Below are positions 1-8,800 of a stretch of 32,507 bases of DNA, piece after piece. Origin of the DNA: a virus (taxonomy: Duplodnaviria; Caudoviricetes); the IMG/VR virus record IMGVR_UViG_3300005764_000053, positions 1-32,507 of that record; one strand, written 5' to 3'. The position numbers and the translations under genes are program-made. The notes beneath the pieces were generated by a model, which saw nothing but the letters and a program-made list of their open reading frames with translations, did no database searches and was not told where the DNA came from. Positions within the stretch are counted from its first letter, which is position 1. Every line of letters starts with the position of its first letter.

Positions 1-1694
1 CCCACGTACGTGAAGTCAGGCAACACGGCCGAGGATTCGTAGGCCCCGATATCAGACGCGCGGCCCTGGGGGCGTGTTGCCCCCTCGGCGTCGCTCGTGA
101 CGGCCGGCAAGGTCGTCCCCGCATCGATCGCGGGGCTCAAGGGTTGTAGATGGAAATCGTTCGCGCCCACAAAGAGCGGATCGATCGCGTCGTTGGTGAA
201 GTTCGTGCGCGTGGTCGTGCGGGTGCCGCCGGCGCGCAAGTTCCCACCGGCGTTCTGGCGCAGGAGGCAGTTGGTCACGTCGCTGTCGGTCGCGGTGTCC
301 TCGACCGCGATCCCTTCCCCGCTGCCGCCGACGATGGTGGCGTGGTAGACCTGCGCGTTGCGGCCCTCGAGCCGAATGCCGCCGACGCTCTGCGAGATGA
401 TCGGATTGACGATCTGGGTGCTGTCGCCGCGGTCGTCCACCGCGAACGGTTTCGTCGTGACCGTGGCCCCGTATTCGTAGGCGCCGATGTCGACCGACGT
501 GCCGCGAGGCGTGCCCAGGATGTCAGTCGTGACGCCGACATTCACGCCCGTGTCGATCAGCGGACTCGAGGCGGTCAGGCGGAAGTCCCCCGCTGCGGCG
601 TTGACGAACCCCGGATCGGCGTTCGCGTTCGGATAGTTGAAGTTGTTCGAGGGGGCCGGCGAGAACGTGCCCGGCACGTTGTAGGCCGTCGTCGGATACG
701 GAAACGACGCGTCATGCGAGACCGTGTTGTTTCGCATGTCGGTGTTCGTCGTGCGGTTCAGGTAGTCGAACAGGAACCCTGCGTCGGTGCAGTTATGGAG
801 GGTGTTGTGGTACAGCTTCGTGCTGTCGACGTAGCTGACCGCAATCCCCCCGCCGCCGCTCCCGGTGTGCTGCGGCGAGGCGATGTTCCAGATGACGTTG
901 TTGATGATCTGGCACCGCTGGCCGACGACGATGATGCCCCAGAGCTGACTCGGGTCGCCGACGCGCGTGATGTCGTGGAGGAAGCAGTTCCGGACGATGT
1001 TGTCGTCGGGTTCCTCATGGTTCGCGTGGGCGGGGTTGTTGTAGATCTGGATCGCCGCGCTGCAGTTGTCGGAAAAATCGCAGCCGTCGACCAGGTTGCG
1101 CGGACCGGCGAGATAGATCGCGTACGAATTGTGGTTGAAGTCGGTGGGCGGCGCGATGCCGCCGCCGGTGCTCACCAGGTTGAGGAACTCGCAATCCCGC
1201 GAGAGGACGATGATGTTGGCGCTGCTCCCGACGTGGTCGTGGCCGCAGGCGACGAGCGCGTTTTGGTAGCGGACCCGGTCGGTCGTGTAGTCGACCGCGT
1301 CGATCGTGCTCCCGATCCAGATCGCTTGCCCGGCGAAGTAGCTTGGGTCCGTCGCATCGACGCCGATGCCGTCGATCTCGACGTAGTGGATGTTGCTGTG
1401 CACCCAGATGATCGAGTTGCCGCCGGCGCCGCCGTTGCCCGACGACGGTTTGAGCGTCACCGTTTCGCCGGGATAGGCGGCGATCCGGAACTTGTTCGTC
1501 CAGGAGGTGCCGACCTTGCCCGTGATGTTGATCGCTTCGGGGTAGGTGGCGCCGCGGACGAAGAGCTGGTCGCCGGCGGTCGTGAGCAGGCTGAGCCCTT
1601 TGGTGATCGTCAGGAACGGACTGGTAATCGTGCCGGTGTTGCTGTCGCTTGGGGAGCCCCCCAGGCCGGCGCGGTCGACGTACCAGGTTCCCAT
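1..1694 (-). CDS. Right-handed beta-helix (pectin-lyase-like) virion fibre/depolymerase-like protein; partial, runs off the left end
   Basis: Hand-translated and absent from the ORF track because there is no stop in the window. Starts MGTWYVDRAGLGGSPSDSNTGTITSPFLTI...GDQLFVRGATYPEAI, has Asn-ladder rungs and two DPxFV..DFxL..SPxIDxG..DIGAYE cap motifs. The ATG overlaps the upstream stop (TGATG). Confidence 0.88.
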   Translation of the reverse strand, partial: MGTWYVDRAGLGGSPSDSNTGTITSPFLTITKGLSLLTTAGDQLFVRGATYPEAINITGKVGTSWTNKFRIAAYPGETVTLKPSSGNGGAGGNSIIWVHSNIHYVEIDGIGVDATDPSYFAGQAIWIGSTIDAVDYTTDRVRYQNALVACGHDHVGSSANIIVLSRDCEFLNLVSTGGGIAPPTDFNHNSYAIYLAGPRNLVDGCDFSDNCSAAIQIYNNPAHANHEEPDDNIVRNCFLHDITRVGDPSQLWGIIVVGQRCQIINNVIWNIASPQHTGSGGGGIAVSYVDSTKLYHNTLHNCTDAGFLFDYLNRTTNTDMRNNTVSHDASFPYPTTAYNVPGTFSPAPSNNFNYPNANADPGFVNAAAGDFRLTASSPLIDTGVNVGVTTDILGTPRGTSVDIGAYEYGATVTTKPFAVDDRGDSTQIVNPIISQSVGGIRLEGRNAQVYHATIVGGSGEGIAVEDTATDSDVTNCLLRQNAGGNLRAGGTRTTTRTNFTNDAIDPLFVGANDFHLQPLSPAIDAGTTLPAVTSDAEGATRPQGRASDIGAYESSAVLPDFTYV

Positions 1695-2392
1695 CAGGGC
1701 GCCCCACTGACGTTGTAGATGATCGGGTTGATCAGTTGATTGCCGACCGGCTGGTAGCCCCACCCGTCGCTGACCTTGTAGGCGCCGCCGACGAAGTCAT
1801 GGAGCCGGCAGTCGCTCGCCACGTTATTGCTGGATTCGAGATAGATGCCCCACTCCGGCGTCGCGCCGCTCCGCGTGCCGTAGATCTCGAGCGTGAGCCA
1901 TTCGTTGTTCGCGAGCATGGTCGCTTGCGACGCGCCGCAGCCAATGCCCATCCGGCCCTGGCTGTAGGGATTCGCGCCGCCGCAGGCGATCTTCGAATTC
2001 TTCCAGCGGATGTGATGCCCGACGCCGCCGGACCAGCCGACGACCGCGATCGCGCCCTTGTCGACGCCGCCCGTCGCATCGACATGCACCGTGTCGAATT
2101 CGAGGTACTGCTCGTCGACGGAGAACTCCATCACGTTGAACCCGCTGGTCGGCTTGAACCACACCGTTTCGGTCGGGTAGGCCTGAATGCGGATCGGCGA
2201 CGCCCATGAGGTCCCCGATTTGAGGCCCGGGCCGATGAGGCTTTGCGCGTAGGTCGCGCCGCGAATCACCAGGAGATCGCCGGGCCCGATCGGGCCGGTG
2301 GCCGCCAGGCCGCGCGCGAGCGTCGCCCAAGGGGAGGCCAAGCCGCCGGCGGCGCCGTCCGAGCCACCGGGCGCGATGTAGTAGGTCGCCAC
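1694..2392 (-). CDS. Beta-helix protein, N-terminal half only; paralogue of the downstream gene
   Basis: MATYYIAPGGSD...SPWATL..GDLLVIRGATY..GTSWASPIRIQAYPTETV aligns with the N-terminus of 1..1694 and ends mid-helix at INPIIYNVSGAP. Confidence 0.85.
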   Translation of the reverse strand: MATYYIAPGGSDGAAGGLASPWATLARGLAATGPIGPGDLLVIRGATYAQSLIGPGLKSGTSWASPIRIQAYPTETVWFKPTSGFNVMEFSVDEQYLEFDTVHVDATGGVDKGAIAVVGWSGGVGHHIRWKNSKIACGGANPYSQGRMGIGCGASQATMLANNEWLTLEIYGTRSGATPEWGIYLESSNNVASDCRLHDFVGGAYKVSDGWGYQPVGNQLINPIIYNVSGAP

Positions 2393-2405
2393 CGGCGCGC
2401 CTTCC

Positions 2406-2891
2406 CTACGTGATGGTCAGCGAGAGCGCGCCGCTCGCCAGCGAGGGCGTCTGGCCGTTCAGGACCGGCGCCGGCGACGCCAGCGGGAGGAAGTCGACCA
2501 GGTTCCCGCCGCTCAAGGCATCGTGCACGGTGACATGCGTGAGATTGGCGCCCCCCACCCAATTGCCGGTCGCGGTCGGCCAGGTGATCGCCTGCGCGCT
2601 CAGCACCGTGCCGGCCGTCGAGCTGGTGCCGAAGGTCGTTTTGTTGTTCGTTTTGGTCACGCGGGCATATCCGGAGCCGCTCGGCTCGGTCACGCCCGTG
2701 CCGTCATTCGCCGGCGTCGTGCTCGAGAGGCCGAAATAGTAGGTGCCGGGCGGCGTGAACGCGGTGCCGCCGAACAGCAGATCCGCTACCCGGCTCTTGA
2801 GCCAATTCGTCCAGGCCATGCCCCAGGCCAGGAGCGCGAGCAGTCCAGACGTCTGGAGGGGGCCGCCGGTAATCGTGTGCAGGAGCCGCAT
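2406..2891 (-). CDS. Small virion tail/fibre-associated structural protein
   Basis: Pattern L.LFGG.AFT.P.TYYFGL..T.P...G.G..EPSG.GYARV...ITWPTAT.NW...THV.V.DA.SGGNL is common in phage fibre modules. It follows the tape measure gene and has an AGAGGA SD. Confidence 0.75.
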   Translation of the reverse strand: MRLLHTITGGPLQTSGLLALLAWGMAWTNWLKSRVADLLFGGTAFTPPGTYYFGLSSTTPANDGTGVTEPSGSGYARVTKTNNKTTFGTSSTAGTVLSAQAITWPTATGNWVGGANLTHVTVHDALSGGNLVDFLPLASPAPVLNGQTPSLASGALSLTIT

Positions 2892-2920
2892 GGTGTGTCC
2901 TCTCTCGCTTGGGGGATGAG

Positions 2921-5900
2921 TTACCGACCCAGGGCGTACCGCTCGACGACGCCGGGAATGTTCGGGACCACGATTTCGGCCATCGTGCGGCCGTCGACCT
3001 GCAGCACAACGGTGCCCCCGCCGCCGGCGGCAGGCGCGCTCGCGACGATCGCTTGGGTTTGGGCGGCCGTCAGGACCGCAGGCCCGCTCCGCGGCGTGAA
3101 CGCCAGGACCCGCGCGCTCGCCGGCGCGGTCGTGCTGCTCGCGGTGGGCTGGCCCGGGCCCGGCACCGGCGGCAGGTCGTACACGATCGGCACGTGAATC
3201 GCCGGCGGGTGGATGCTGCTCAGCGCGCCCTGGATGTCCTTCGCGGATTGCTCGGCATCGTCGGGCAGGTTCCCGGTCAGGATGTCGCTCAGGTGCTCGA
3301 GGGCCTTCGTCAGATCGTTGGTGGCGTCCTGGAGGCTCTGGCCGAAGTTGATGCGATCGAGGTTCGTCATCTTCTCGCCGTTCTCATCGAGCAGTTGCCC
3401 GCTCGCGGCGAGGGCCTCGAGGTACGGCCGCATGTTCTCCGGCACCTGCTGGCCGGTTTTGAGCGCTTCCTGGACGATCTCGTTAAACGCGCCGGCGGTG
3501 TGATTGATGATCGCGCCGTAGTCGGCGCCCTGCTTGAGCAGCGGTTCGATATCGCCGAGCAGCGCCTTCGCTTTGCCGGTGATGTCGGCCTGCTGGAACT
3601 TCGGCCCGAGCTCGGCGAGCGTCAGGCCGTATTTCTTCGCCGTCTCGGTCAGCGCTTTGAAATCGGGTTCCTGGGCTTTGAACAGCGCGTTGACGGCCTT
3701 CGCGGCGTCGGCGCCGACCTGGCCGCCCTGCTGGATTTCGTCGAAGAGTTTTTGCGCCTGCTCTTTCGAGATCGTGAGCGTGTCACCGAACTCGCCGAAC
3801 GCGTCGGCGAGGGCGGCCGCGGCCTGGTGGCCGATCGGCCCGGCCTTGCCCATCAGATCGACCAGGATGTCGACCTGGTGGCTGACCGCGGCAAGCTGCT
3901 CGCCGCTCAGCGCGCCGGCGCCGCCCAGGGCCTCGATCTCTTTCGCCAGGTTGAAGGCCTCGGCCGCCTGGCGCGTGAATTCCTCGAACCGGCGCCCCGG
4001 GTCGCCCGGCACCAGGAGGTCGTCGCGGACGCCCTGGAGGGCCTCTCGGAACTGGTTCGACATGAAGAACGCTTTGCGCTGCGCGTTGATGGTCGCCTCG
4101 AGGCTTTCGGGCAGCCGCGTGCCGAAGTCGGTCCGGAGCTGCTCGATCACTTCGTTCATCCGGGTGAGGTCCTGTTCCTGCTGGCTGGCGTTATCGAGCG
4201 CCTGGCCGACCTGCCACAGGACGCCGGCGAACGCGAGCCAGGCAGCGGCGCCCTCGGTGACGCTCTGCGCGTTCAGCTTCGTCAGCGAATCGAGGACCGT
4301 GATCGTTTTCGTCAGCTGGTCGGCGGCCTTGATCCCGAGGCCGACGTTCTGGCTGAACTTCGAGAAGCTGTCGCCGGTGATCTGGGACAGCTGGACGAAG
4401 TCTTTCGAGAGGCCCCCGAGCACCGTCTGGATGTCTTTCAGGCCGCTCGAGGATTCACTCGTGGCGGTGGCGCTCTTGATCGCCTCCGTGTTGTAGGCCT
4501 TCACGCCGGCAGTCAGCTTCGCGTAGGCGGGCACCAGGCCCATGTCGATGTCCTCGGCCAGGTCCTCGTCGTACTGCGTCAGCCGCGGCATGAACGTGGT
4601 GAGCGGGAGGAGCTCGTCGACGATGGCCGCGATCGCATCCCGTTGAGTGATGAGATGGGTGTTCAGGTCCGGGACGCGCTGCACGAGCTGCCCGATCCCC
4701 AGGCCCCAGGTGTCGGTCACTTTCGAGAGCGTGATCAGCTTCTCGAGCTCGTCGGCCGTCGTACCGACGACGATCGCCGCGCTATCGGCGACGGCTTTGT
4801 TCCCGTCCGCCGCTTTTTTCAATTTGACCGACCACCCCTCGAGCAGCGGATCGCCGGCGGCCTTGGCGAGGTCCTTCGTTTTGTCGCCGGCATTTTTGAT
4901 TTCTGGAATGACCTGGTTCCAGAGGTCCTTGCTGGTGAAGGGGTTCGGGCCGGTGCCGGTGGGGTTGAGGAGCAGCGTCCAGGCGTCGAAGAGGCTGTGC
5001 AGCTTCGGAATGAATTCTTTGCCGATGTTGACCCACATCGACTCCCATTCCTTGTGGAGCTTGCGGCTGGCGATCTCGAGGTCCTCGGCCGCTTTGGCGT
5101 CCTGTTCCGACCAGATGACACCGAGCTGCTCGGACTGGTCCGCGAGTTCCTTGAGCGGTTTCATCACCAGCGGGACCAGGTCGCGGCCCTGCCGGTTCCA
5201 GAGCTCGAAGGCCGTCGTCGATCGATTCGTTTCGTCGGTGTTTTTCCGGAACGCGTCGGCGATCTCGAGGAAGCGCTCGCCGGGATTGAGCGCCATGATG
5301 TCCTCGACCGAGAGGCCGATCCGGCCGAGCCCCTGGGCGATTTTCTCCGCCTCTTTTCCGCCCTCGCCGAGGCGCCGTTCCATGTTGAACATGGCGTTCG
5401 CGACCTCGTCGATGCTCCCGCCGGCCACGTCGGCCGCGAACTTGAGCTTCGAGGTTTCCTCGGTCGAGATGGCCATCTTTTCCGACAGGTCGTTGATCTG
5501 CCCGCCGGCGGCCGCGGCTTGCTCGGTGAGCTCGAACAGCTGCCGGACGAGCAGGCCGCCGATCGTGGCGGCGGCGACGCCGGCGGCGCCAACCAGGCCC
5601 TCGGGGCCGAGGAGCTCGATCAGCGATTTGACGGCCGCCGCGGGATTCTCGAACGCTTCCTTCGCGATGTCGGCGAGATGCAGCACGCTCGATTCGGTGT
5701 TGTGGGCCTCGTCGGCGATCTTCTGGAGGCCGGGGGGGATCTCGACCCCCATCTTTTTCATTTTCTCGATCGCGGTGTCGGCCTGGGCGCCGACCCGCGC
5801 GAGCTCGTCGGCCGTCAGCCGCGAGACGCCGCCGATGTCCTCGACGGCCTTCTGCATCAGCGTCGCTTCCTGAATCAGCTTCCGGCCCGAGAGACTGTCG

Positions 5901-6031
5901 GCGACGCGGTTGAGCGAGGCCTCGACCTTGTTCGCGTCGCTGTCGAAGTCCTTGAGCTGCGTCTCGGCCTTCGTGACCGCGTCGTAGAAGGAGTTGAAGT
6001 CGGCGATGAAATGCGCGTTGAGACTTTCCAC
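2921..6031 (-). CDS. Tail tape measure protein (1036 aa)
   Basis: Long helical Ala/Leu/Glu/Lys-rich protein directly downstream of the frameshifted tail chaperone. Confidence 0.92.
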   Translation of the reverse strand: MESLNAHFIADFNSFYDAVTKAETQLKDFDSDANKVEASLNRVADSLSGRKLIQEATLMQKAVEDIGGVSRLTADELARVGAQADTAIEKMKKMGVEIPPGLQKIADEAHNTESSVLHLADIAKEAFENPAAAVKSLIELLGPEGLVGAAGVAAATIGGLLVRQLFELTEQAAAAGGQINDLSEKMAISTEETSKLKFAADVAGGSIDEVANAMFNMERRLGEGGKEAEKIAQGLGRIGLSVEDIMALNPGERFLEIADAFRKNTDETNRSTTAFELWNRQGRDLVPLVMKPLKELADQSEQLGVIWSEQDAKAAEDLEIASRKLHKEWESMWVNIGKEFIPKLHSLFDAWTLLLNPTGTGPNPFTSKDLWNQVIPEIKNAGDKTKDLAKAAGDPLLEGWSVKLKKAADGNKAVADSAAIVVGTTADELEKLITLSKVTDTWGLGIGQLVQRVPDLNTHLITQRDAIAAIVDELLPLTTFMPRLTQYDEDLAEDIDMGLVPAYAKLTAGVKAYNTEAIKSATATSESSSGLKDIQTVLGGLSKDFVQLSQITGDSFSKFSQNVGLGIKAADQLTKTITVLDSLTKLNAQSVTEGAAAWLAFAGVLWQVGQALDNASQQEQDLTRMNEVIEQLRTDFGTRLPESLEATINAQRKAFFMSNQFREALQGVRDDLLVPGDPGRRFEEFTRQAAEAFNLAKEIEALGGAGALSGEQLAAVSHQVDILVDLMGKAGPIGHQAAAALADAFGEFGDTLTISKEQAQKLFDEIQQGGQVGADAAKAVNALFKAQEPDFKALTETAKKYGLTLAELGPKFQQADITGKAKALLGDIEPLLKQGADYGAIINHTAGAFNEIVQEALKTGQQVPENMRPYLEALAASGQLLDENGEKMTNLDRINFGQSLQDATNDLTKALEHLSDILTGNLPDDAEQSAKDIQGALSSIHPPAIHVPIVYDLPPVPGPGQPTASSTTAPASARVLAFTPRSGPAVLTAAQTQAIVASAPAAGGGGTVVLQVDGRTMAEIVVPNIPGVVERYALGR

Positions 6032-6041
6032 TCGGGGCCCT

Positions 6042-6257
6042 CTAGTCGCGGCTCAGGATCTCGGCGTCCGGCGGCAGGGTCGAGATCTCCGCGCCGTCGT
6101 CGTCCGTGGTCCGCGCCGCCGCCTCGCGCTGCAACATCTCGATCAGCACCTGGTAGATCGCCGGTTTCAGTCGGTGGACGTAACTGAGGGGCCAGCCTCC
6201 GGCGGCGCGACAGAGGGCGAAGTCGGATTCGACCCCGGCGCGCCAGGCACGTTTTTT
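6042..6257 (-). CDS. gpT-like extension reached by -1 frameshift (gpGT = 6652..6042)
   Basis: The -1 frame after the slippery site reads KRAWRAGVESDFALCRAAGGWPLSYVHRLKPAIYQVLIEMLQRE...SRD* with TAG at 6042-6044, 10 nt before the tape measure start. Confidence 0.8.
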   Translation of the reverse strand, partial: KKRAWRAGVESDFALCRAAGGWPLSYVHRLKPAIYQVLIEMLQREAAARTTDDDGAEISTLPPDAEILSRD

Positions 6258-6652
6258 AGGAGCGCCTCATCGGTCGCCCGCGACGCCGCGTCGTAGGCCT
6301 CGATCGCGTTGTAGATCTCGACGTAGGTCACCGGCTTGAGCTGGTTGAGCGCGTCGAGCGAGATCGCAATCGGTCGGCCCTCGCGGTCCGTGAAACTCCA
6401 GCCGACGAGGTACTCGAGAATCTTCGTGACGCCGACGAGCTCGGGCGCGAGCCGCGGCCGCTCGCCGGCGTGGAGCTCACTGTCGGGCCGGAGCATCCCG
6501 GTAAAGACGTGCCGGTCCTCGCCGGCGCAGAGCTGCTGCTTGATCTCGATCCAGCGCGCCCGCCCGTTGGGCGCCGGCCGCAGATCGAGGCGTTCGGTTT
6601 TGGTCGGGTCGACGAATTCGGACCAGTCGCCGCCGTTCGTGTTCGCGAGCAT
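6167..6652 (-). CDS. Tail assembly chaperone (gpG-like)
   Basis: ATG at 6652 with AGGAG SD; YLVGWSFTD..G motif; ends LKN followed by a Pro/Ser-rich tail; lies between tail tube and tape measure genes. Confidence 0.82.
   Translation of the reverse strand: MLANTNGGDWSEFVDPTKTERLDLRPAPNGRARWIEIKQQLCAGEDRHVFTGMLRPDSELHAGERPRLAPELVGVTKILEYLVGWSFTDREGRPIAISLDALNQLKPVTYVEIYNAIEAYDAASRATDEALLKNVPGAPGSNPTSPSVAPPEAGPSVTSTD
6251..6257 (-). other. Programmed -1 ribosomal frameshift heptamer A AAA AAC
   Basis: CTA AAA AAC in the chaperone frame fits X XXY YYZ at the canonical lambda G/GT position. Confidence 0.82.
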
Positions 6653-6716
6653 GAGATGCACTCCTGGTGATGAGCCCTGGTGATGACCGCCGTGAAACCC
6701 CGTGGTAACGCCCGTG

Positions 6717-7094
6717 TCAGTTTTCTGGTTCGCCGAGTTGCGCCTGGAGCCGCAGGCCGTTGAACCCGACCTCGCTCTGGACCGGCCAGCGCCAGAACCC
6801 ATGCGGCCGCGGTGCCGTGAAGACGAGCGGCCGCTGGCGACTGCAGAACGCATCGATGCGGCGCGCGGTCGCGGTCAGGACCCAGATCCCGTTGCGGCCG
6901 CGTTTGATCGTCCAGTGGTCGAGGAGGACGGCGTCTTTGTAGCCGAGCATCAGCGTGCCGCCCTGGCCATAGAGGGTGGGCGGCCGCCCGACCTCGCCGC
7001 GTTTGCGGTGCCAGGCGGCGCGGTCCTGGTCGGGGTCGGCGCGCCAGCTGCCGCGGACGCCCTTGTAGCGTTTGGTGATCGACCCGGTCGGCAT
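6717..7094 (-). CDS. Hypothetical tail-region protein, possibly related to the tube fold
   Basis: Sits between tail tube and chaperone; GQGGTLMLG..AVLLDHWTI loosely resembles tube-protein N-termini. Confidence 0.6.
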   Translation of the reverse strand: MPTGSITKRYKGVRGSWRADPDQDRAAWHRKRGEVGRPPTLYGQGGTLMLGYKDAVLLDHWTIKRGRNGIWVLTATARRIDAFCSRQRPLVFTAPRPHGFWRWPVQSEVGFNGLRLQAQLGEPEN

Positions 7095-7104
7095 CGACGC
7101 GGTC

Positions 7105-7533
7105 CTAGCCGGGCAGCTCCCAATCGCCCGCCGCCCGCCAGTTACTGGTGATCTTCGGGGCCTGCAGCGTGCAGTTCACGTCGGCGTCGAGATACGCGGG
7201 GCCCTCGAAGTAGAAGTCGGGCGACATGTTGTCGAGCGTCGGGATGAGGCGCAGCATGCCGGGCGTGTTCAGGCTGGTCGCCTGGATGATCGAGACGTCC
7301 GCGTGATCGAGGAACCCCTGCATCGTCCCGGAGACGTCCTTCATCCCCGGCAGGTAGACGCGGTTTTTTTTCCCGAACACCGTGACGTCCTCGAATTCGG
7401 TTTTCATCGACACGGTGAACCCGTTGATCGACGCAAACGGCTGCACGTCGTGGGGGCTGCCATAGGGCGGCGCGTTCCACGCCGCTTGGCCGTTTCGTCC
7501 TGGGTAGATGCCATCGCTGACGACTGGGGGCAT
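7105..7533 (-). CDS. Major tail (tube) protein
   Basis: INGFTVSMKTEFEDVTVFG..NRVYLPGMKDVSGTMQGFLD...YFEGPAYL is a tube-protein pattern; AGGAGG SD. Confidence 0.85.
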   Translation of the reverse strand: MPPVVSDGIYPGRNGQAAWNAPPYGSPHDVQPFASINGFTVSMKTEFEDVTVFGKKNRVYLPGMKDVSGTMQGFLDHADVSIIQATSLNTPGMLRLIPTLDNMSPDFYFEGPAYLDADVNCTLQAPKITSNWRAAGDWELPG

Positions 7534-7557
7534 GACTGTCCTCCTGGGGGTGACCCG

Positions 7558-8019
7558 TTAGGTTGACCGGAGTGGACTGGCGTGGACGTCGTAGAGGCCG
7601 CCCCGGTGCTGCCAGCGGGCATCAGGGTCCTCGGTGTCAATTTCCGCGTACCGGATGTATTCGACGCGGCTGCTCGCGCAGCGCGCGAACCCGGTCGGCC
7701 CGGGGAACGATCCGCCCTGGCCGCGGTCGCCGTTCAAGAGCAGATCGATCCGCGCCGCGGCGTCATGGGTGCTCGCGCCGCTGGTATTCCGCGCGACCGC
7801 CTTGACGAGATAGAGCGGCCGCTCGATCCCGACCCCGCCGAAGACGCGTTCGTTCTCCGAGGCCTGGACCTTGATGAGCACGTACTGCGTCGCGCTCGAG
7901 GCGGCGACGTCGAAGAAGATCCCATCGGGCATCAGCTTCATCAGGCCGCCGGGCCCGTTGTCGCTCATCAGGAAATTGACGAGCGCCGAATCGACGTCCC
8001 CCACGTAGGCGGTCGGCAT
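7558..8019 (-). CDS. Tail completion/terminator protein
   Basis: Position after the HK97 gp10-like gene; GIFFDVA....QYVLI and AARIDLLL patterns. Confidence 0.75.
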   Translation of the reverse strand: MPTAYVGDVDSALVNFLMSDNGPGGLMKLMPDGIFFDVAASSATQYVLIKVQASENERVFGGVGIERPLYLVKAVARNTSGASTHDAAARIDLLLNGDRGQGGSFPGPTGFARCASSRVEYIRYAEIDTEDPDARWQHRGGLYDVHASPLRST

Positions 8020-8429
8020 CAGGTCACCTGAAAGCCGGCGCGCTCGACGAGCGCGATCAGCTGCTCGCGGAGGCGCTTCCGGTTCCGCACCGCCACGGCG
8101 ACGAGGCCCGTGTTCTCATGCGAGGGCGAGCGGCCGCGGTCCATCCCGTGATAGGTCCGGTTTGCGGTCCCGAATTCGTACAGCCAGGCGTGCGGCGCTT
8201 TCGATCGCAGCGTGCCGTTCACGCCGAACCGGCTGCGTTTGACGTCGCTCGAGACGCCCTTGCGGAGATTCCCCGTGGGCCCCGGCGGGTAGGCCTGGTA
8301 GAGCTGAAATTCCGCGACGTCCGTCGTCGCCTCGACGAGCTGCCCGCCTTCCTGGGCGAGCGCCTCGGGCAAGAGCTGCAGCAGCTTCCGCAGCTGGTCG
8401 AGGCCGAGGTCGAGGCGGTTGTGGCTCAC
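8019..8429 (-). CDS. HK97 gp10-like neck protein
   Basis: GLDQL..LL..L, P.GPTGNLR and APHAWLYEFGT motifs. Confidence 0.85.
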   Translation of the reverse strand: MSHNRLDLGLDQLRKLLQLLPEALAQEGGQLVEATTDVAEFQLYQAYPPGPTGNLRKGVSSDVKRSRFGVNGTLRSKAPHAWLYEFGTANRTYHGMDRGRSPSHENTGLVAVAVRNRKRLREQLIALVERAGFQVT

Positions 8430-8800
8430 TTGACGACCTCGGTGCAGAGGAGGACCTGCTCGCTGTTCCGCGTTTCGTCCGGATTGACGATCGCCACGAC
8501 CTGCAGGACGCGCGTGCCGAAGAGCACCCGGGTTTTCTGGGTGATCTCCGGGTGGTAGCGGATGACGACGTCGTGGGTCGCGGTCGCCTGGACCGTGCCG
8601 GCGATCGGGCGCTCGTACGCCCGGCTCCCGCCGGCGGGCAGGATCGAGGCCTGGACCTCGTACGGGGTCAGATGCACCGGCTGCACCGTGAATCCCCCGT
8701 CTCCGTCCGGGACCTGCCGCTGGTCCTCGAGGCGGACCCAGAGCACGCGGTCGCCAATCGGGCGAGGCATCGGCCGGCCATAGCCGCGGAGCATCGGCAT
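8426..8800 (-). CDS. Head closure (head-tail adaptor, SPP1 gp16-like) protein
   Basis: DGDGGF...THDVVIRYHPEITQKTRVLFGTRVLQV..IVNPDE...LLCTE motif. Confidence 0.88.
   Translation of the reverse strand: MPMLRGYGRPMPRPIGDRVLWVRLEDQRQVPDGDGGFTVQPVHLTPYEVQASILPAGGSRAYERPIAGTVQATATHDVVIRYHPEITQKTRVLFGTRVLQVVAIVNPDETRNSEQVLLCTEVVK

Noticed and set aside
2909-6187. Long plus-strand ORFs opposite structural genes (also 150..1718, 13469..15331, 27175..29055, 28976..31504)
   Set aside because: Antisense shadow frames caused by high-GC codon bias; no motifs, and fully overlapped by recognisable minus-strand genes.
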